Assembly (NCBI GenBank): GCA_963783385.1
Contig: CAWANJ010000006.1
Coordinates: 192,001-256,000, forward strand
DNA length: 64,000 nucleotides
From: an uncultured Gemmatimonadales bacterium
GTDB taxonomy: Bacteria > Gemmatimonadota > Gemmatimonadetes > Palauibacterales > Palauibacteraceae
Direction: 5' to 3'
Shown here: piece after piece, positions 1-10,013 of the stretch
Numbering within the stretch: the stretch's first letter is position 1
How the letters are laid out: each line of letters starts with the position of its first letter
The notes under the pieces: model-generated
The model's database searches: none
The model's input: the letters and a program-made list of their open reading frames with translations, nothing else
What the model was told of the DNA's origin: nothing
Position numbers and translations under genes: made by a program

Positions 1-1
1 C

Positions 2-1714
2 ATCTTCTGGTCCCTCATCCTCGTCATCTCCATCAAGTACCTGATCTTCATCCTGCGAGCGGACAACCGGGGCGAGGGCGGCATCCTCGCCCTGGCGGCC
101 CTGGTGGCGCCCGCGGTCCGCAAGCTCGGAAAGCGAGTGAGCGCCACGATCTTCCTGGCGGGACTCTTCGGGGCGGCGCTCCTGTACGGCGACAGCATGA
201 TCACCCCCGCCATCTCGGTACTGTCCGCCGTGGAGGGCCTCAAGGTGGCCACGTCCGTGTTCGATCCGTACGTGATTCCGATCACGATCGGGATCCTGGT
301 GGGGCTGTTCCTGTTCCAGAAGCGAGGGACGGCGGGGGTGGGGCGGGTGTTCGGTCCGGTCACCATGGTGTGGTTCGCGGCGATCGGCGCCCTGGGACTC
401 AAGGAGATCCTGCTGTATCCGGGCATCCTGGCGGCCATCGATCCCCGGCACGCGGCCGACTTCTTCGTGCGCAACGGCGGCACCGCGTTTGCCGCCCTGG
501 GGGGCGTGTTCCTGGTCGTCACCGGCGGCGAGGCGCTGTACGCCGACCTCGGGCACTTCGGCGCGCGGCCCATCCGGCTCACCTGGTTCGTGCTCGTGCT
601 CCCGGCCCTGCTCCTCAACTACTTCGGTCAGGGCGCGCTCCTCCTGCACAGCCCGGATGCCATCCGGGCCCCCTTCTTCCTCCTGGCGCCCTCCTGGGCA
701 CTGTATCCGCTGGTCGTCCTGGCCACGGTCGCCACGGTGATCGCCTCGCAGGCGGTGATCTCGGGCGCCTACTCCCTGACCCGGGGCGCCGTGCAGCTCG
801 GCTACCTGCCGCGCATGCAGGTCGACCACACCTCCGAGACGCGCGTGGGCCAGATCTACGTGCCGACCGTGAACTGGCTGCTCATGATCGCGGCCATCGG
901 TCTCGTGCTCGGGTTCAAGACCTCGAGCAACCTGGCGGCGGCGTATGGGGTGGCCGTGACCACGACGATGGTGGTGACGACCATCCTGTTCGGGGCGGCC
1001 GCCCAGTACCGCTGGGGGTGGAGCTTCTGGGTGGCCGGACCGGTGGCCGCCGGCTTCCTGATCGTGGATCTGGCCTTCTTCGCGGCCAACATCCTCAAGA
1101 TCCCCCACGGCGGCTGGTTCCCGCTCCTCGTGGCCCTCGTCGTCGTGGTCATGATGACCACCTGGGCCCGCGGCCGGGACATCCTGGCCGGCCGGATCCA
1201 CGCGGGCGTGCTGCCAGTGACGAACCTGCTGGAGAACCTGCAGCGCGGCGGCATTCCCCGGGTCAAGGGCACCGCCGTGTTCATGTACAAGAACCCCGAC
1301 GGCGTCCCGCCGGCCCTGCTCCACAACCTCAAGCACAACAAGGTGCTGCACGAGCGCGTGATCCTCCTCACCGTGCTCACCGAGGAGATCCCGCGGGTGG
1401 ACCGGGCCGAGCGCTCGGAGACCGCTGACGTGGGATACGGCCTGTACCGCGTCGTCCTGCGCTACGGATTCGCCGAGGACCCGGACGTGCCCGCGGCGCT
1501 GCGGCGCCTGCGCCTGGGGGACTGGGACTTCAAGCTCTCCGAGACCAGCTTCTTCCTGGGGCGGGAGAATCTCCTGGCCACGCCGGGGGAGGGCATGGCG
1601 GTATGGCGCGAGCGGCTGTTCGCATTCATGTCCCGGAACGCCCGCCAGGCCACGTCCTTCTTCCGCATCCCCGCCGACCGGGTGGTGGAGCTGGGCACGC
1701 AGGTGGAGATCTAG
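2..1714 (+). CDS. kup: KUP/HAK/KT potassium transporter (5' partial)
   Basis: Frame is open from the window edge (IFWSLILVISIKYL...ADNRGEGGILAL). Family motifs YGDSMITPAISVLSAVEG, GGEALYADLGHFG, GQIYVP and LLHNLKHNKVLHE. Confidence 0.97.
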   Translation: MFWSLILVISIKYLIFILRADNRGEGGILALAALVAPAVRKLGKRVSATIFLAGLFGAALLYGDSMITPAISVLSAVEGLKVATSVFDPYVIPITIGILVGLFLFQKRGTAGVGRVFGPVTMVWFAAIGALGLKEILLYPGILAAIDPRHAADFFVRNGGTAFAALGGVFLVVTGGEALYADLGHFGARPIRLTWFVLVLPALLLNYFGQGALLLHSPDAIRAPFFLLAPSWALYPLVVLATVATVIASQAVISGAYSLTRGAVQLGYLPRMQVDHTSETRVGQIYVPTVNWLLMIAAIGLVLGFKTSSNLAAAYGVAVTTTMVVTTILFGAAAQYRWGWSFWVAGPVAAGFLIVDLAFFAANILKIPHGGWFPLLVALVVVVMMTTWARGRDILAGRIHAGVLPVTNLLENLQRGGIPRVKGTAVFMYKNPDGVPPALLHNLKHNKVLHERVILLTVLTEEIPRVDRAERSETADVGYGLYRVVLRYGFAEDPDVPAALRRLRLGDWDFKLSETSFFLGRENLLATPGEGMAVWRERLFAFMSRNARQATSFFRIPADRVVELGTQVEI

Positions 1715-2946
1715 TCCACCCCGCTCTCGGCGCCCGCTTCGCCTCCGGAGCTCCCGGCCGGGGCGGCCCGCGCCCCCGCTCCGGGCCCCAGCGTCTTCCA
1801 CGCGCCCACCGTGAGCAGAGGCACCGCGAACACGGCGATGAAGGCGTACCCCAGCCAGGTGTAACCGCGGGCCACGAGCGCGATGATCCCGACCCGGGAC
1901 AGGAGGGCGGCGAGCAAGAGGATCCCGCCGCCCAGGAGCCCACTCCGGACCGGGCCGAGGCCGTTCGAATCGCCCTTCCGCAGGTCCGCGTCGATCCGGT
2001 CCACCAGCGCGTGGATGAGCCCCACGCTGGTCTCGAGCAGCGTCCAGCCCATCACGATCCCGAACAACGCGAACAGGGTCGTCCCCCCAACGTCCTGCAG
2101 CATGTGGAGCCACGGGACCGGCGCGTCGAACACCTCCGGCGACGGATAGAAGCCCAGGAGGCACAGCCAGGTGAGGGCGAAGGGCAGCGTCATCAGGAGC
2201 CCGGACAGGAGCGCCGCCGTCACGGTCTCCCGCCGCTCCGTCTGCCGGTGGAGGGTGAAGAGGACGGCGGGATACACGGCCAGGTTGTAGCCCACGTACA
2301 CGATCCCGGTCCCGACCACCGCCAGGGTGGACGCGCCCGCGCTCGCAGCGACGACACCGGCGATGGCGCCGCCGTGCGCCAGCGCCGCGGGCGTCCTCTC
2401 CGACAGCGCCCTCATGACGCTCGGCCACCGGGTCCCCAGCACGAGCGCGCCGAACAGGAGGTAGGCGGCGTACAGGAGGATGGTGCCCAGGCTCTTGAAC
2501 GCCTCGATGACGTCGGCCCCGAAGTAGAGGAGGAAGGCGACCGCCAGGATGACGAAAGCGGCGCCCAGGAAGCCCGGCAGGCCCAGGGTCTCCTGGAGGA
2601 TGTTGGCGGCGGCCGAGGCCACGACCGCGATGACCAGGACGGTCATGGCCACGTACACGAGGTCGAAGGCGGGCCAGGCGCGCCCGATGAGCCGGCGGAT
2701 GAACGCCTTGTACTCGTAGGCGTGGTAGCGCCGCGCCAACTCGAAGGTGAGGAAGGAGACGACCGTGAAGCCCACGAAGATCGTGAGCACCGCCATCCAG
2801 CCGCGTCCCCCGTACCGGGCGCCGTAGGCCACGCTCTCCCGGCCCGTGGCGTAGCCGCCACCGACGAGCACGGACTGGAGGACCACCGCCGGCAGGAGGA
2901 GCCGCCCGAAGCGCCCCCGCGTCAGGCGCCGAAAGGCCTGGATCAC
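1711..2946 (-). CDS. YkvI-like membrane transporter
   Basis: VLVGGGYATGRE motif and multiple TM helices. Likely GTG start overlaps the fabH stop (GTGA). Confidence 0.8.
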   Translation of the reverse strand: MIQAFRRLTRGRFGRLLLPAVVLQSVLVGGGYATGRESVAYGARYGGRGWMAVLTIFVGFTVVSFLTFELARRYHAYEYKAFIRRLIGRAWPAFDLVYVAMTVLVIAVVASAAANILQETLGLPGFLGAAFVILAVAFLLYFGADVIEAFKSLGTILLYAAYLLFGALVLGTRWPSVMRALSERTPAALAHGGAIAGVVAASAGASTLAVVGTGIVYVGYNLAVYPAVLFTLHRQTERRETVTAALLSGLLMTLPFALTWLCLLGFYPSPEVFDAPVPWLHMLQDVGGTTLFALFGIVMGWTLLETSVGLIHALVDRIDADLRKGDSNGLGPVRSGLLGGGILLLAALLSRVGIIALVARGYTWLGYAFIAVFAVPLLTVGAWKTLGPGAGARAAPAGSSGGEAGAESGVD

Positions 2947-3940
2947 CAGCGCACGAGCGCCGCTCCCCAGGTGAAGCCCGACCCGAACGCCGTCAGGCAC
3001 ACGAGGTCGCCTTCCCGGACCCGGCCGTCGGCCACCGCCTCGTGCAGCGCAATGGGGATGGAGGCGGCGGTGGTGTTTCCGTAGCGCTGGATGTTGTTAT
3101 AGACCTTCTCGTCGGGCAGACCGAGCGTCTTCTGGACGGCCTGGGAGATCCTCAGGTTGGCCTGGTGAGGGATGATCATGTCGACCTCCTCCAGCGGCAG
3201 GCCCGGCTTCTCCGAGCACCTCGTGCACCGACTCCGGCATCCGCTTCACGGCGTGCCGGAACACCTCGCGGCCCTGCATCGCCGGGACGTGGAGCTTCTC
3301 CTCGATGTCCGCGCAGGTGATGTATGGGTCGGTGCGCGCAGCCGGGCATGTCGGTCCACAGCGTCTCGGCGTGACGGCCGTCGGCATGGACCTTAACGGT
3401 CAGCACGCCGCGCTCTTCCTCGGTCGGTCGCGAGGATCACCGCGCCGGCGCCGTCTCCGAACAGCACGCCCGTGTCCCGCCCGCGCAGCGACAGGTCGAG
3501 GCCCGCGGAGTGCGAATTCGGCCCCCACCAGCAGCACCCGCCGGTAGGCGCCCGTCCGGATCCACGCATCCGCCACGGAGAGCCCGTAGAGGAAGCCGGT
3601 GCACTGGTTCCTCACGTCCAGGCAAGGGATGTCGGTCACGCCGAGCTGGCGCTGCAGAAACACGCCCGGTGCCCGGAAAGAAGTGGTCGGGGCTCAGGGT
3701 CGCCAGGATGATGCAGTCGAGCTCGGCCGCCTCCATGCCCGCCCGCTCCAGCGCCATGCGCGCGGCCGCCTCGGCCAGATCGGCGCCGGTCTCGTCCTCG
3801 GCGGCCCACCGCCGCTCCTCGATGCCCGAGCGCTGACGGATCCACTCATCCGAGGTCTCCATCATCCCCTCGAGCTCGTGGTTGGTGACCACGCGGTCGG
3901 GCACGCGGAAGCCGGTGGACAGGAAGCGGGTTCGGGTCAT
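2943..3940 (-). CDS. fabH: Beta-ketoacyl-ACP synthase III (split by several apparent frameshifts)
   Basis: Fragments in different frames: ETSDEWIRQRSGIEERR, catalytic NQCTGF, MQGREVFRHAV, HQANLRI, YGNTTAASIP, AFGSGFTWG. Confidence 0.9.
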
Positions 3941-4047
3941 CGGTCACTCCAGGGGACGGTCGGGTGAACGCTCGGCGCGGCGGGCCCGCTCGGCATGCCG
4001 CCCAAGATAGGACCCGGCGGAGATGAGCCACGAGTCCGAACGGGCCC

Positions 4048-4094
4048 TTGACAGTCACCGCCCCTGGCCATACAGCTTTAATCATTCGATTAAA
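4048..4094 (+). promoter_or_regulatory. Sigma70-like promoter with palindromic operator for the TetR efflux operon
   Basis: TTGACA (4048-4053), 17 nt, TACAGC (4071-4076), followed by the perfect inverted repeat TTTAATC-attc-GATTAAA (4077-4094). Confidence 0.75.
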
Positions 4095-4124
4095 TCATGT
4101 GACTAACAGCCGGACACGGACCCC

Positions 4125-4774
4125 ATGGTCGAAGCGAACCACGGCGGCGCGGGTCAGGGACGCCGAAGAGGCGATCCTCGAGGCCGCACACGAGGTGTTC
4201 GTGCGCCGCGGCACGGCGGGAGCGCGCATGCGCGAGATCGCCGATGCCGCCGGCGTCAACCAGGCACTCCTCCACTATTACTTCCGCAGCAAGGAAGGGT
4301 TGGCGCGGGCCGTGTTCGCGCGCGCCGCCCGGCAGCCTGATGCCGGCCGTCCTCGCGGCGGTGGGCGCGGACCTGCCACTGGAGGAGAAGGTGGAGCGTG
4401 TGATCGCCACCGAGATGGAGGTGCTGGGGCGACACCCCTACCTGCCCGGGTACGTCCTGTGTGAGCTGACGCACCATCCCGAGCGCGTCGAGCAGCTCGT
4501 CGAGGCCGCGCTGGGCGAGGGCGGAGAGGCCGCCGGTCAGACGGCGCTCGCCGTCCTCGGGCCCCAGCTCGCCGAAGCTCGCGAGGCGGGCACGATCGGG
4601 CCCATCGACCCGCGGCAGTTCGTGGTGAACCTCCTCGCCCTGGCCATCTTCCCGTTCGCCGCGCGTCCGCTGCTCCAGGTCATGCTCGGGCTGGACGAGG
4701 AGGGCTACCAGGCGTTTCTCGAGGTACGGCGGAAGGAGCTCGCGGGCTTCTTCCTTCGGGGGCTGCGGCCGTGA
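4125..4774 (+). CDS. TetR/AcrR family transcriptional regulator (frameshifted)
   Basis: HTH segment ILEAAHEVFVRRGTAGARMREIADAAGVNQALLHYYFRSKEGL; the C-terminal domain is in another frame; start approximate. Confidence 0.88.
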
Positions 4775-6168
4775 GCGCGCCGACCCTCAGACGTCCCCCG
4801 ACGCCCGCGTCGACGGCGATCGCGCGCGGGATCGTCGCCGCGGCCGTGGCCCTCTCGCCGGGGTGGGCCGCTCCCGCCCCGGCCGCCGCCCAGCAGGACA
4901 CCCTGCACCTGGCGGAGCTGCGGGACGCGGCCGAGCGCTTCGACCCGCGAGCCGCGCAGTCGCAAATGCGGCAGCGAGCCACGGGCCTGGAGCTGGCCAA
5001 CCTGTCATCGGGCTACCTCCCGCAGCTCTCGGTCACCGGGCGGGCGACCTACCAGTCCGACGTCCCCACCGCGCCCTTCACGGGTCCGGGCGGCGTCGGC
5101 ATCGAGGTGCCCAAGGACCAGTACGCGGCCGATCTCCAGGTGAGCCAGCTGGTGTGGGACGGAGGACGCATCGCCGCGCGCCGCGGCCTGGAGCGCGCCA
5201 GACTCGCTGAGTCCGAGGCTTCCCTCCGCACCGACCTGTACCAAACGCGGCAGGACGTGGACGGCGCCTTCTTCCGGGCCCTCCTTCTCCAGCAACGCAT
5301 CGGCGAGGTCGATCGACTGGTCTCCGACCTGAAGAGCAAGCTCGGGGAGGTGCGCTCGCAGGTGCGGAACGGGGCCGCCCTCCCGGGCGACACCGCGGCC
5401 ATGCAGGCGGAGATTCTCCAGACCGGGCAGCGGCGAGACGAGCTGGCGGCCGACCGCCGCGCCGCCCTCGGCGTGCTGGCCCGACTGACTGGACGAAAGG
5501 TGGGTCCGGACGACGTGCTCGCACTGCCCGATCTCGCGGACCGCGTGCGAGCGGCACGGGGCGCCGAGGCCGCGGCGGGCGCCGCCGGTGTGACGGACCG
5601 GCACCGCCCCGAGTTCGACCTGCTGGCGCGCGAGCGCGAGGTCCTGGACCGGCAGGAGGGCCTGACGGGCACCGAGCGGCTGCCGAAGCTCGTCGCGTTC
5701 GGGATGGCCGGCTACGGGAAGCCGGGCCTCAACCTGCTCGGGGACGGCTTCGACACCTACTGGCGGGCGGGGGTCCAGTTCGAGTGGGCTCCGTGGCACT
5801 GGGGCACGGTGTCCCGCGAGAAGGAGGCGCTCGACCTCAGGCGCCAGATCGTGGCCACCGAGGAGGAGGCGCTCTCCCGGCGCCTCGACCGGGCCGTGCA
5901 GGAGCCACTGGCGACGATGGACCGTCTGCAGGCCGCCCTGGACTCGGACCGACGGATCATCGAGCTGCGGTCGCAGCTCGAGCGCCAGGCGGCGCACCAG
6001 CTCGAAGAGCAGGTGATCACGCCGGCCCGCTACATCGACATCCGTGATGACCTCTACGACGCGCGGGACGCGTGGCAGACCCACCGGGTCCAGCTCGCCG
6101 AAGCCCGCGCCCGCTACCTGACGACCCTCGGCCTCGAGCCGACTGAAGCGGTGAGGAGGACCCCATGA
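4771..6168 (+). CDS. TolC family outer membrane efflux protein
   Basis: Signal peptide, YLPQLSVTG, QLVWDGG and coiled-coil segments; sits in an operon with HlyD and ABC genes. Confidence 0.9.
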   Translation: MSAPTLRRPPTPASTAIARGIVAAAVALSPGWAAPAPAAAQQDTLHLAELRDAAERFDPRAAQSQMRQRATGLELANLSSGYLPQLSVTGRATYQSDVPTAPFTGPGGVGIEVPKDQYAADLQVSQLVWDGGRIAARRGLERARLAESEASLRTDLYQTRQDVDGAFFRALLLQQRIGEVDRLVSDLKSKLGEVRSQVRNGAALPGDTAAMQAEILQTGQRRDELAADRRAALGVLARLTGRKVGPDDVLALPDLADRVRAARGAEAAAGAAGVTDRHRPEFDLLAREREVLDRQEGLTGTERLPKLVAFGMAGYGKPGLNLLGDGFDTYWRAGVQFEWAPWHWGTVSREKEALDLRRQIVATEEEALSRRLDRAVQEPLATMDRLQAALDSDRRIIELRSQLERQAAHQLEEQVITPARYIDIRDDLYDARDAWQTHRVQLAEARARYLTTLGLEPTEAVRRTP

Positions 6169-7091
6169 ACGGCCTTCGACGCATGCTCCCGATCACGGGC
6201 GGCCTCCTGGTGCCGCTCCTCCTGGCGGCCTGTGGAAAGCCCGCCGCCGACGCGTACGGCAACTTCGAGACGACGGAGGTCACGGTGTCCTCCGAGGTGC
6301 CCGGTCGACTCCTGACGCAGGACGCCAGGGAGGGCGACACCCTGCGGGCGGGCCAGGCCGTGGCGCTGGTCGACACCACCGCCCCGGCACTCGACCTGCG
6401 CGAGGCCCGAGCCCGCCTGGAGGTGGCGCACGCCGCCACGCGGCAGGCCCGCTCCCGGGCCGCGGCCCTCGAGGCGCGGCTGGAGCGCGCGCGCAGCGAA
6501 TACGCCCGAACGCAGCGACTGCACGCCGACCAGGCCGCCACCGTGCGTCAGCTCGAAGCGGCACGGTCGGACGCGAGGGCGCTGACCCACGAGCTGCGCG
6601 CCGCCCGGGACCAGGTCACCGGCAGCCGCAAGGACGCGGACGCGCTCGAGGCGCGCATCGCCTCGCTCGAGAACCGTCTGTCCAAGAGCCATGTCACCAA
6701 CCCGCTCACGGGCACCGTCCTGACCCGCATCGCCGAGCCCGGCGAGTTCGTGCAGCCGGGACAGCCCCTGTACCGGATCGCGAGCCTGGACACGCTGGAG
6801 CTCCGCGCCTACGTGGGCGAGCCGCAGCTCCCCGGCGTGCGGGTGGGAGAGGCCGCGCGCGTCCGCATCGACGTGAACGGCGCCCGCCGCACGCTCCGCG
6901 GCCGGGTGAGCTGGGTCTCCCCGGAGGCGGAGTTCACTCCCACCAGGATCCAGACACGGGACGAACGCACCGACCTGGTCTACGCTGTGAAGATCCGCGT
7001 GCCCAACCAGGACGGAGAGCTGAAGATCGGGATGCCGGGCGAGGTGGTGTTCGGGAGTCCGGCGGCGGACTCGACGGTCGCCGACCGATGA
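6165..7091 (+). CDS. HlyD family efflux periplasmic adaptor (YbhG-like)
   Basis: Lipobox LLAAC, YGNFETTEVTVS, and SPEAEFTPTRIQTRDERTDLVYAVKI. Confidence 0.93.
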   Translation: MNGLRRMLPITGGLLVPLLLAACGKPAADAYGNFETTEVTVSSEVPGRLLTQDAREGDTLRAGQAVALVDTTAPALDLREARARLEVAHAATRQARSRAAALEARLERARSEYARTQRLHADQAATVRQLEAARSDARALTHELRAARDQVTGSRKDADALEARIASLENRLSKSHVTNPLTGTVLTRIAEPGEFVQPGQPLYRIASLDTLELRAYVGEPQLPGVRVGEAARVRIDVNGARRTLRGRVSWVSPEAEFTPTRIQTRDERTDLVYAVKIRVPNQDGELKIGMPGEVVFGSPAADSTVADR

Positions 7092-8071
7092 GTGCGCCCG
7101 CGGTCGACGCCGAAGGCCTGGTCAAACGCTTCGAGGAGGAGACGGCACTGGATGGCCTCACCTTCTCGGTCGAGCCGGAAGAGATCTTCGGCTTCATCGG
7201 ACCCGACGGGGCCGGGAAGACGACGCTGTTCCGGATCCTCACGACGCTGCTCCTGGCGGACGAGGGGAGCGCCCGGGTCCTGGACCTGGACGTGGCGCGC
7301 GACTTCTGGGCGCTGAGGGCGAGAGTCGGCTACATGCCCGGCCGCTTCTCCCTGTATCCCGACCTCAGCGTGGCGGAGAACCTCGCTTTCTTCGCCTCCG
7401 TGTTCGGCACGTCGCCGGCGGAGCAGGAGGACCTCATCGGTCCGATCTACTCCCAGATCGAGCCTTTCCGCGACCGACGGGCCGGCGCCCTCTCCGGCGG
7501 CATGAAGCAGAAGCTGGCGCTGTCGTGCGCGCTCGTGCACCGGCCCGAGATCCTGTTCCTGGACGAGCCGACGACCGGCGTCGACGCCGTGTCCCGGCGG
7601 GAGTTCTGGGACCTTCTGGGCCGCCTGCGGGAGCAGGGTCTCACCATCGTGGTCTCGACCCCGTACATGGACGAGGCGAGCCGGTGCGACCGGGTCGCCC
7701 TGATCCAGGACGGACGTCTCCTGGGCGTGGACGCGCCCGGGGCGTTCGGAGCGCGCTACGGACATCCGCTGCTGGCCGTCAGCGGCTCCGATCGCCGGCA
7801 CCTGCCGGAGATCCTCCGTTCCTGGGAGCACGCGCTATCGGCGTATCCGTTCGGCGAGACGGTCCACCTCACGGACCGCCGGGCCGATCTCGACCCGCGG
7901 CGGGCGGCGGTACAGGTCCAGGACTACCTGGCGGCACGGGGCGTCCCGGACGCCGAGGTCAGGCCGATCGAGCCCGGCATCGAGGACGTGTTCATCGCGC
8001 GCATGGGCAGCGGCGGCGTGGAACCTCCCGCTGGCGCGGCCGCCGACCCGGGAGCCGGGGAGGCCTCGTGA
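7088..8071 (+). CDS. ABC transporter ATP-binding protein
   Basis: Walker A GPDGAGKT, signature LSGGMKQK, Walker B LFLDEPT. Confidence 0.95.
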   Translation: MSAPAVDAEGLVKRFEEETALDGLTFSVEPEEIFGFIGPDGAGKTTLFRILTTLLLADEGSARVLDLDVARDFWALRARVGYMPGRFSLYPDLSVAENLAFFASVFGTSPAEQEDLIGPIYSQIEPFRDRRAGALSGGMKQKLALSCALVHRPEILFLDEPTTGVDAVSRREFWDLLGRLREQGLTIVVSTPYMDEASRCDRVALIQDGRLLGVDAPGAFGARYGHPLLAVSGSDRRHLPEILRSWEHALSAYPFGETVHLTDRRADLDPRRAAVQVQDYLAARGVPDAEVRPIEPGIEDVFIARMGSGGVEPPAGAAADPGAGEAS

Positions 8072-8883
8072 GCGCCGGGGAGCAGCGGGCGGCGGGGAGC
8101 TCGGCCCCGCCGGGCTCGCACGGCGCGGCCGCCATCGAGGCGAACGGACTCACCCGCCGGTTCGGCGACTTCACCGCCGTCGACGCGATCAGCTTCCGGG
8201 TGGAGCGCGGCGAGGTGTTCGGCTTCCTGGGCGCCAACGGCGCCGGCAAGACGACGGTGATCCGCATGCTCACCGGCCTCCTGTCGCCGAGCGCGGGCGA
8301 GGCCCGGGTGGCCGGCCACGACGTGTACGGCGATACCGAGGCGATCCGCCGGTCCATCGGCTACATGAGCCAGCGGTTCTCGCTGTACGAAGACCTGCGA
8401 GTGCGCGAGAACATCCAGCTGTACGGCGGCATCTACGGCCTGCCGAATCGCACCATCCGCGAGCGCGGGAACCGGCTCCTGGCCGACCTCGGCCTCGAGC
8501 ACGCCGCCGACGAGCTGGTGGCCTCCATCCCTCTCGGATGGCGTCAGAAGCTGGCCTTCTCGGTCGCCACCCTGCACGAGCCGGAGATCCTCTTCCTGGA
8601 CGAGCCGACGGGAGGCGTCGACCCGATCACGCGCCGGCAGTTCTGGGAAATGATCTATCGGGCCGCCGATGGCGGCACGACGGTGCTCGTGACGACCCAC
8701 TACATGGACGAGGCGGAGTACTGCGACCGGATCTCCATCATGGTGGACGGCCACATCCGCGCCATGGGGACGCCGCGCGATCTGCGCGCAGAGTACGGGG
8801 TCGCCTCCGTCGACGAGCTCTTCCTGCATCTCGTGCGCCCCACGGACCCGACGACGCCGGCCGACGCGGGAGGCGGGTCATGA
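8068..8883 (+). CDS. ABC transporter ATP-binding protein
   Basis: GANGAGKT, IPLGWRQK, LFLDEPTGGVDP, TTHYMDEAEYC; GTG start overlaps the upstream stop. Confidence 0.95.
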   Translation: MSAGEQRAAGSSAPPGSHGAAAIEANGLTRRFGDFTAVDAISFRVERGEVFGFLGANGAGKTTVIRMLTGLLSPSAGEARVAGHDVYGDTEAIRRSIGYMSQRFSLYEDLRVRENIQLYGGIYGLPNRTIRERGNRLLADLGLEHAADELVASIPLGWRQKLAFSVATLHEPEILFLDEPTGGVDPITRRQFWEMIYRAADGGTTVLVTTHYMDEAEYCDRISIMVDGHIRAMGTPRDLRAEYGVASVDELFLHLVRPTDPTTPADAGGGS

Positions 8884-10013
8884 CCGCGCTTCGCGGGTTC
8901 ATCGTCAAGGAGGTCCGCCACATCCTGAGGGACCGCCAGACGTTATGGCTCCTCCTGCTCCTTCCGCTGGTCCTCGTGATCCTGTTCGGGTTCGCGATCC
9001 GAACGGACATCCAGTCGATCCGCGTGGCATTCGTGGACCCGAGCCCGAGCGCGGCTTCCGTGTCGCTGCAGGACCGATTCGACGGCACGCCGGTGTTCCA
9101 CGCCGCGGCAACCGTTGCCTCGACACGGGCCCTGGACCCGCTGTTCAGGCGTGGCGCCATCGACGAGGCCGTCGTCTTCCCCGCCGACTTCGCGAGAGGA
9201 CTGGGACGGGGGGCGGGCCGGCTGCAGATCCTCGTGGACGCCACCGATCCGAACATCGGCAGCATCATGACCGCCTACGCCGAGGCGGTGATCCAGGGTT
9301 GGGCGGCCGAGCGCGTCGGCTCGGGCGCGGCCGGACCGGGCGCCCCGGCGTCGGTTCGGGCCGTACCGGCCGTGGTGCCGGAGACCCGGTTACGCTTCAA
9401 CCCGACGCTGGCCAGCGAGGACCTCTTCGTCCCGGGTCTGATCGCCCTGGTGCTCACGATCGTGTCCGCGGTGATGACATCCATTACGCTGACGCGCGAG
9501 AAGGAGCGCGGCACGATGGAGACGCTCCTCGTGTCGCCGCTCCGGCCGTGGCAAATCCTGGTGGGCAAGGTGACCCCGTACCTGGTCCTCGGCTTCGTGA
9601 ACCTGGTGACCGCCCTGGCGGCGGCGGGGCTCATCTTCGGGGTCCCCCTGCGCGGCTCCGTCCCGCTGCTCCTCGCGGAGGGCCTCCTGTTCCTGCTGGT
9701 GTGCACGGGGTTGGGCGTGTTCATCTCCACGCGAACGGACTCGCAGCGGGCCGCCATGCTGGCCTCCATGGCGGGGCTGCTCCTGCCGACGACCGTGCTG
9801 TCCGGGATGATCTTCCCGATCTCGAGCATGCCCGCGTGGCTGCGCCCGATCACCTACCTGATCCCGGCGCGCTGGTTCATCACGATCGCCCGTGGGATCC
9901 TCCTCAAGGGGGTGGGCCTCGACGTCCTGTGGCCGGACACGGTCGTGCTGGCGCTGATGGCGGCCCTGCTGCTGGCGGCGAGCATGCGGCTCTTCAAGGT
10001 GAGGCTGACATGA
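8880..10013 (+). CDS. ABC-2 type permease (YbhS-like)
   Basis: IVKEVRHILRD, TREKERGTMETLLVSP, LSGMIFPISSMP. Confidence 0.93.
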   Translation: MTALRGFIVKEVRHILRDRQTLWLLLLLPLVLVILFGFAIRTDIQSIRVAFVDPSPSAASVSLQDRFDGTPVFHAAATVASTRALDPLFRRGAIDEAVVFPADFARGLGRGAGRLQILVDATDPNIGSIMTAYAEAVIQGWAAERVGSGAAGPGAPASVRAVPAVVPETRLRFNPTLASEDLFVPGLIALVLTIVSAVMTSITLTREKERGTMETLLVSPLRPWQILVGKVTPYLVLGFVNLVTALAAAGLIFGVPLRGSVPLLLAEGLLFLLVCTGLGVFISTRTDSQRAAMLASMAGLLLPTTVLSGMIFPISSMPAWLRPITYLIPARWFITIARGILLKGVGLDVLWPDTVVLALMAALLLAASMRLFKVRLT

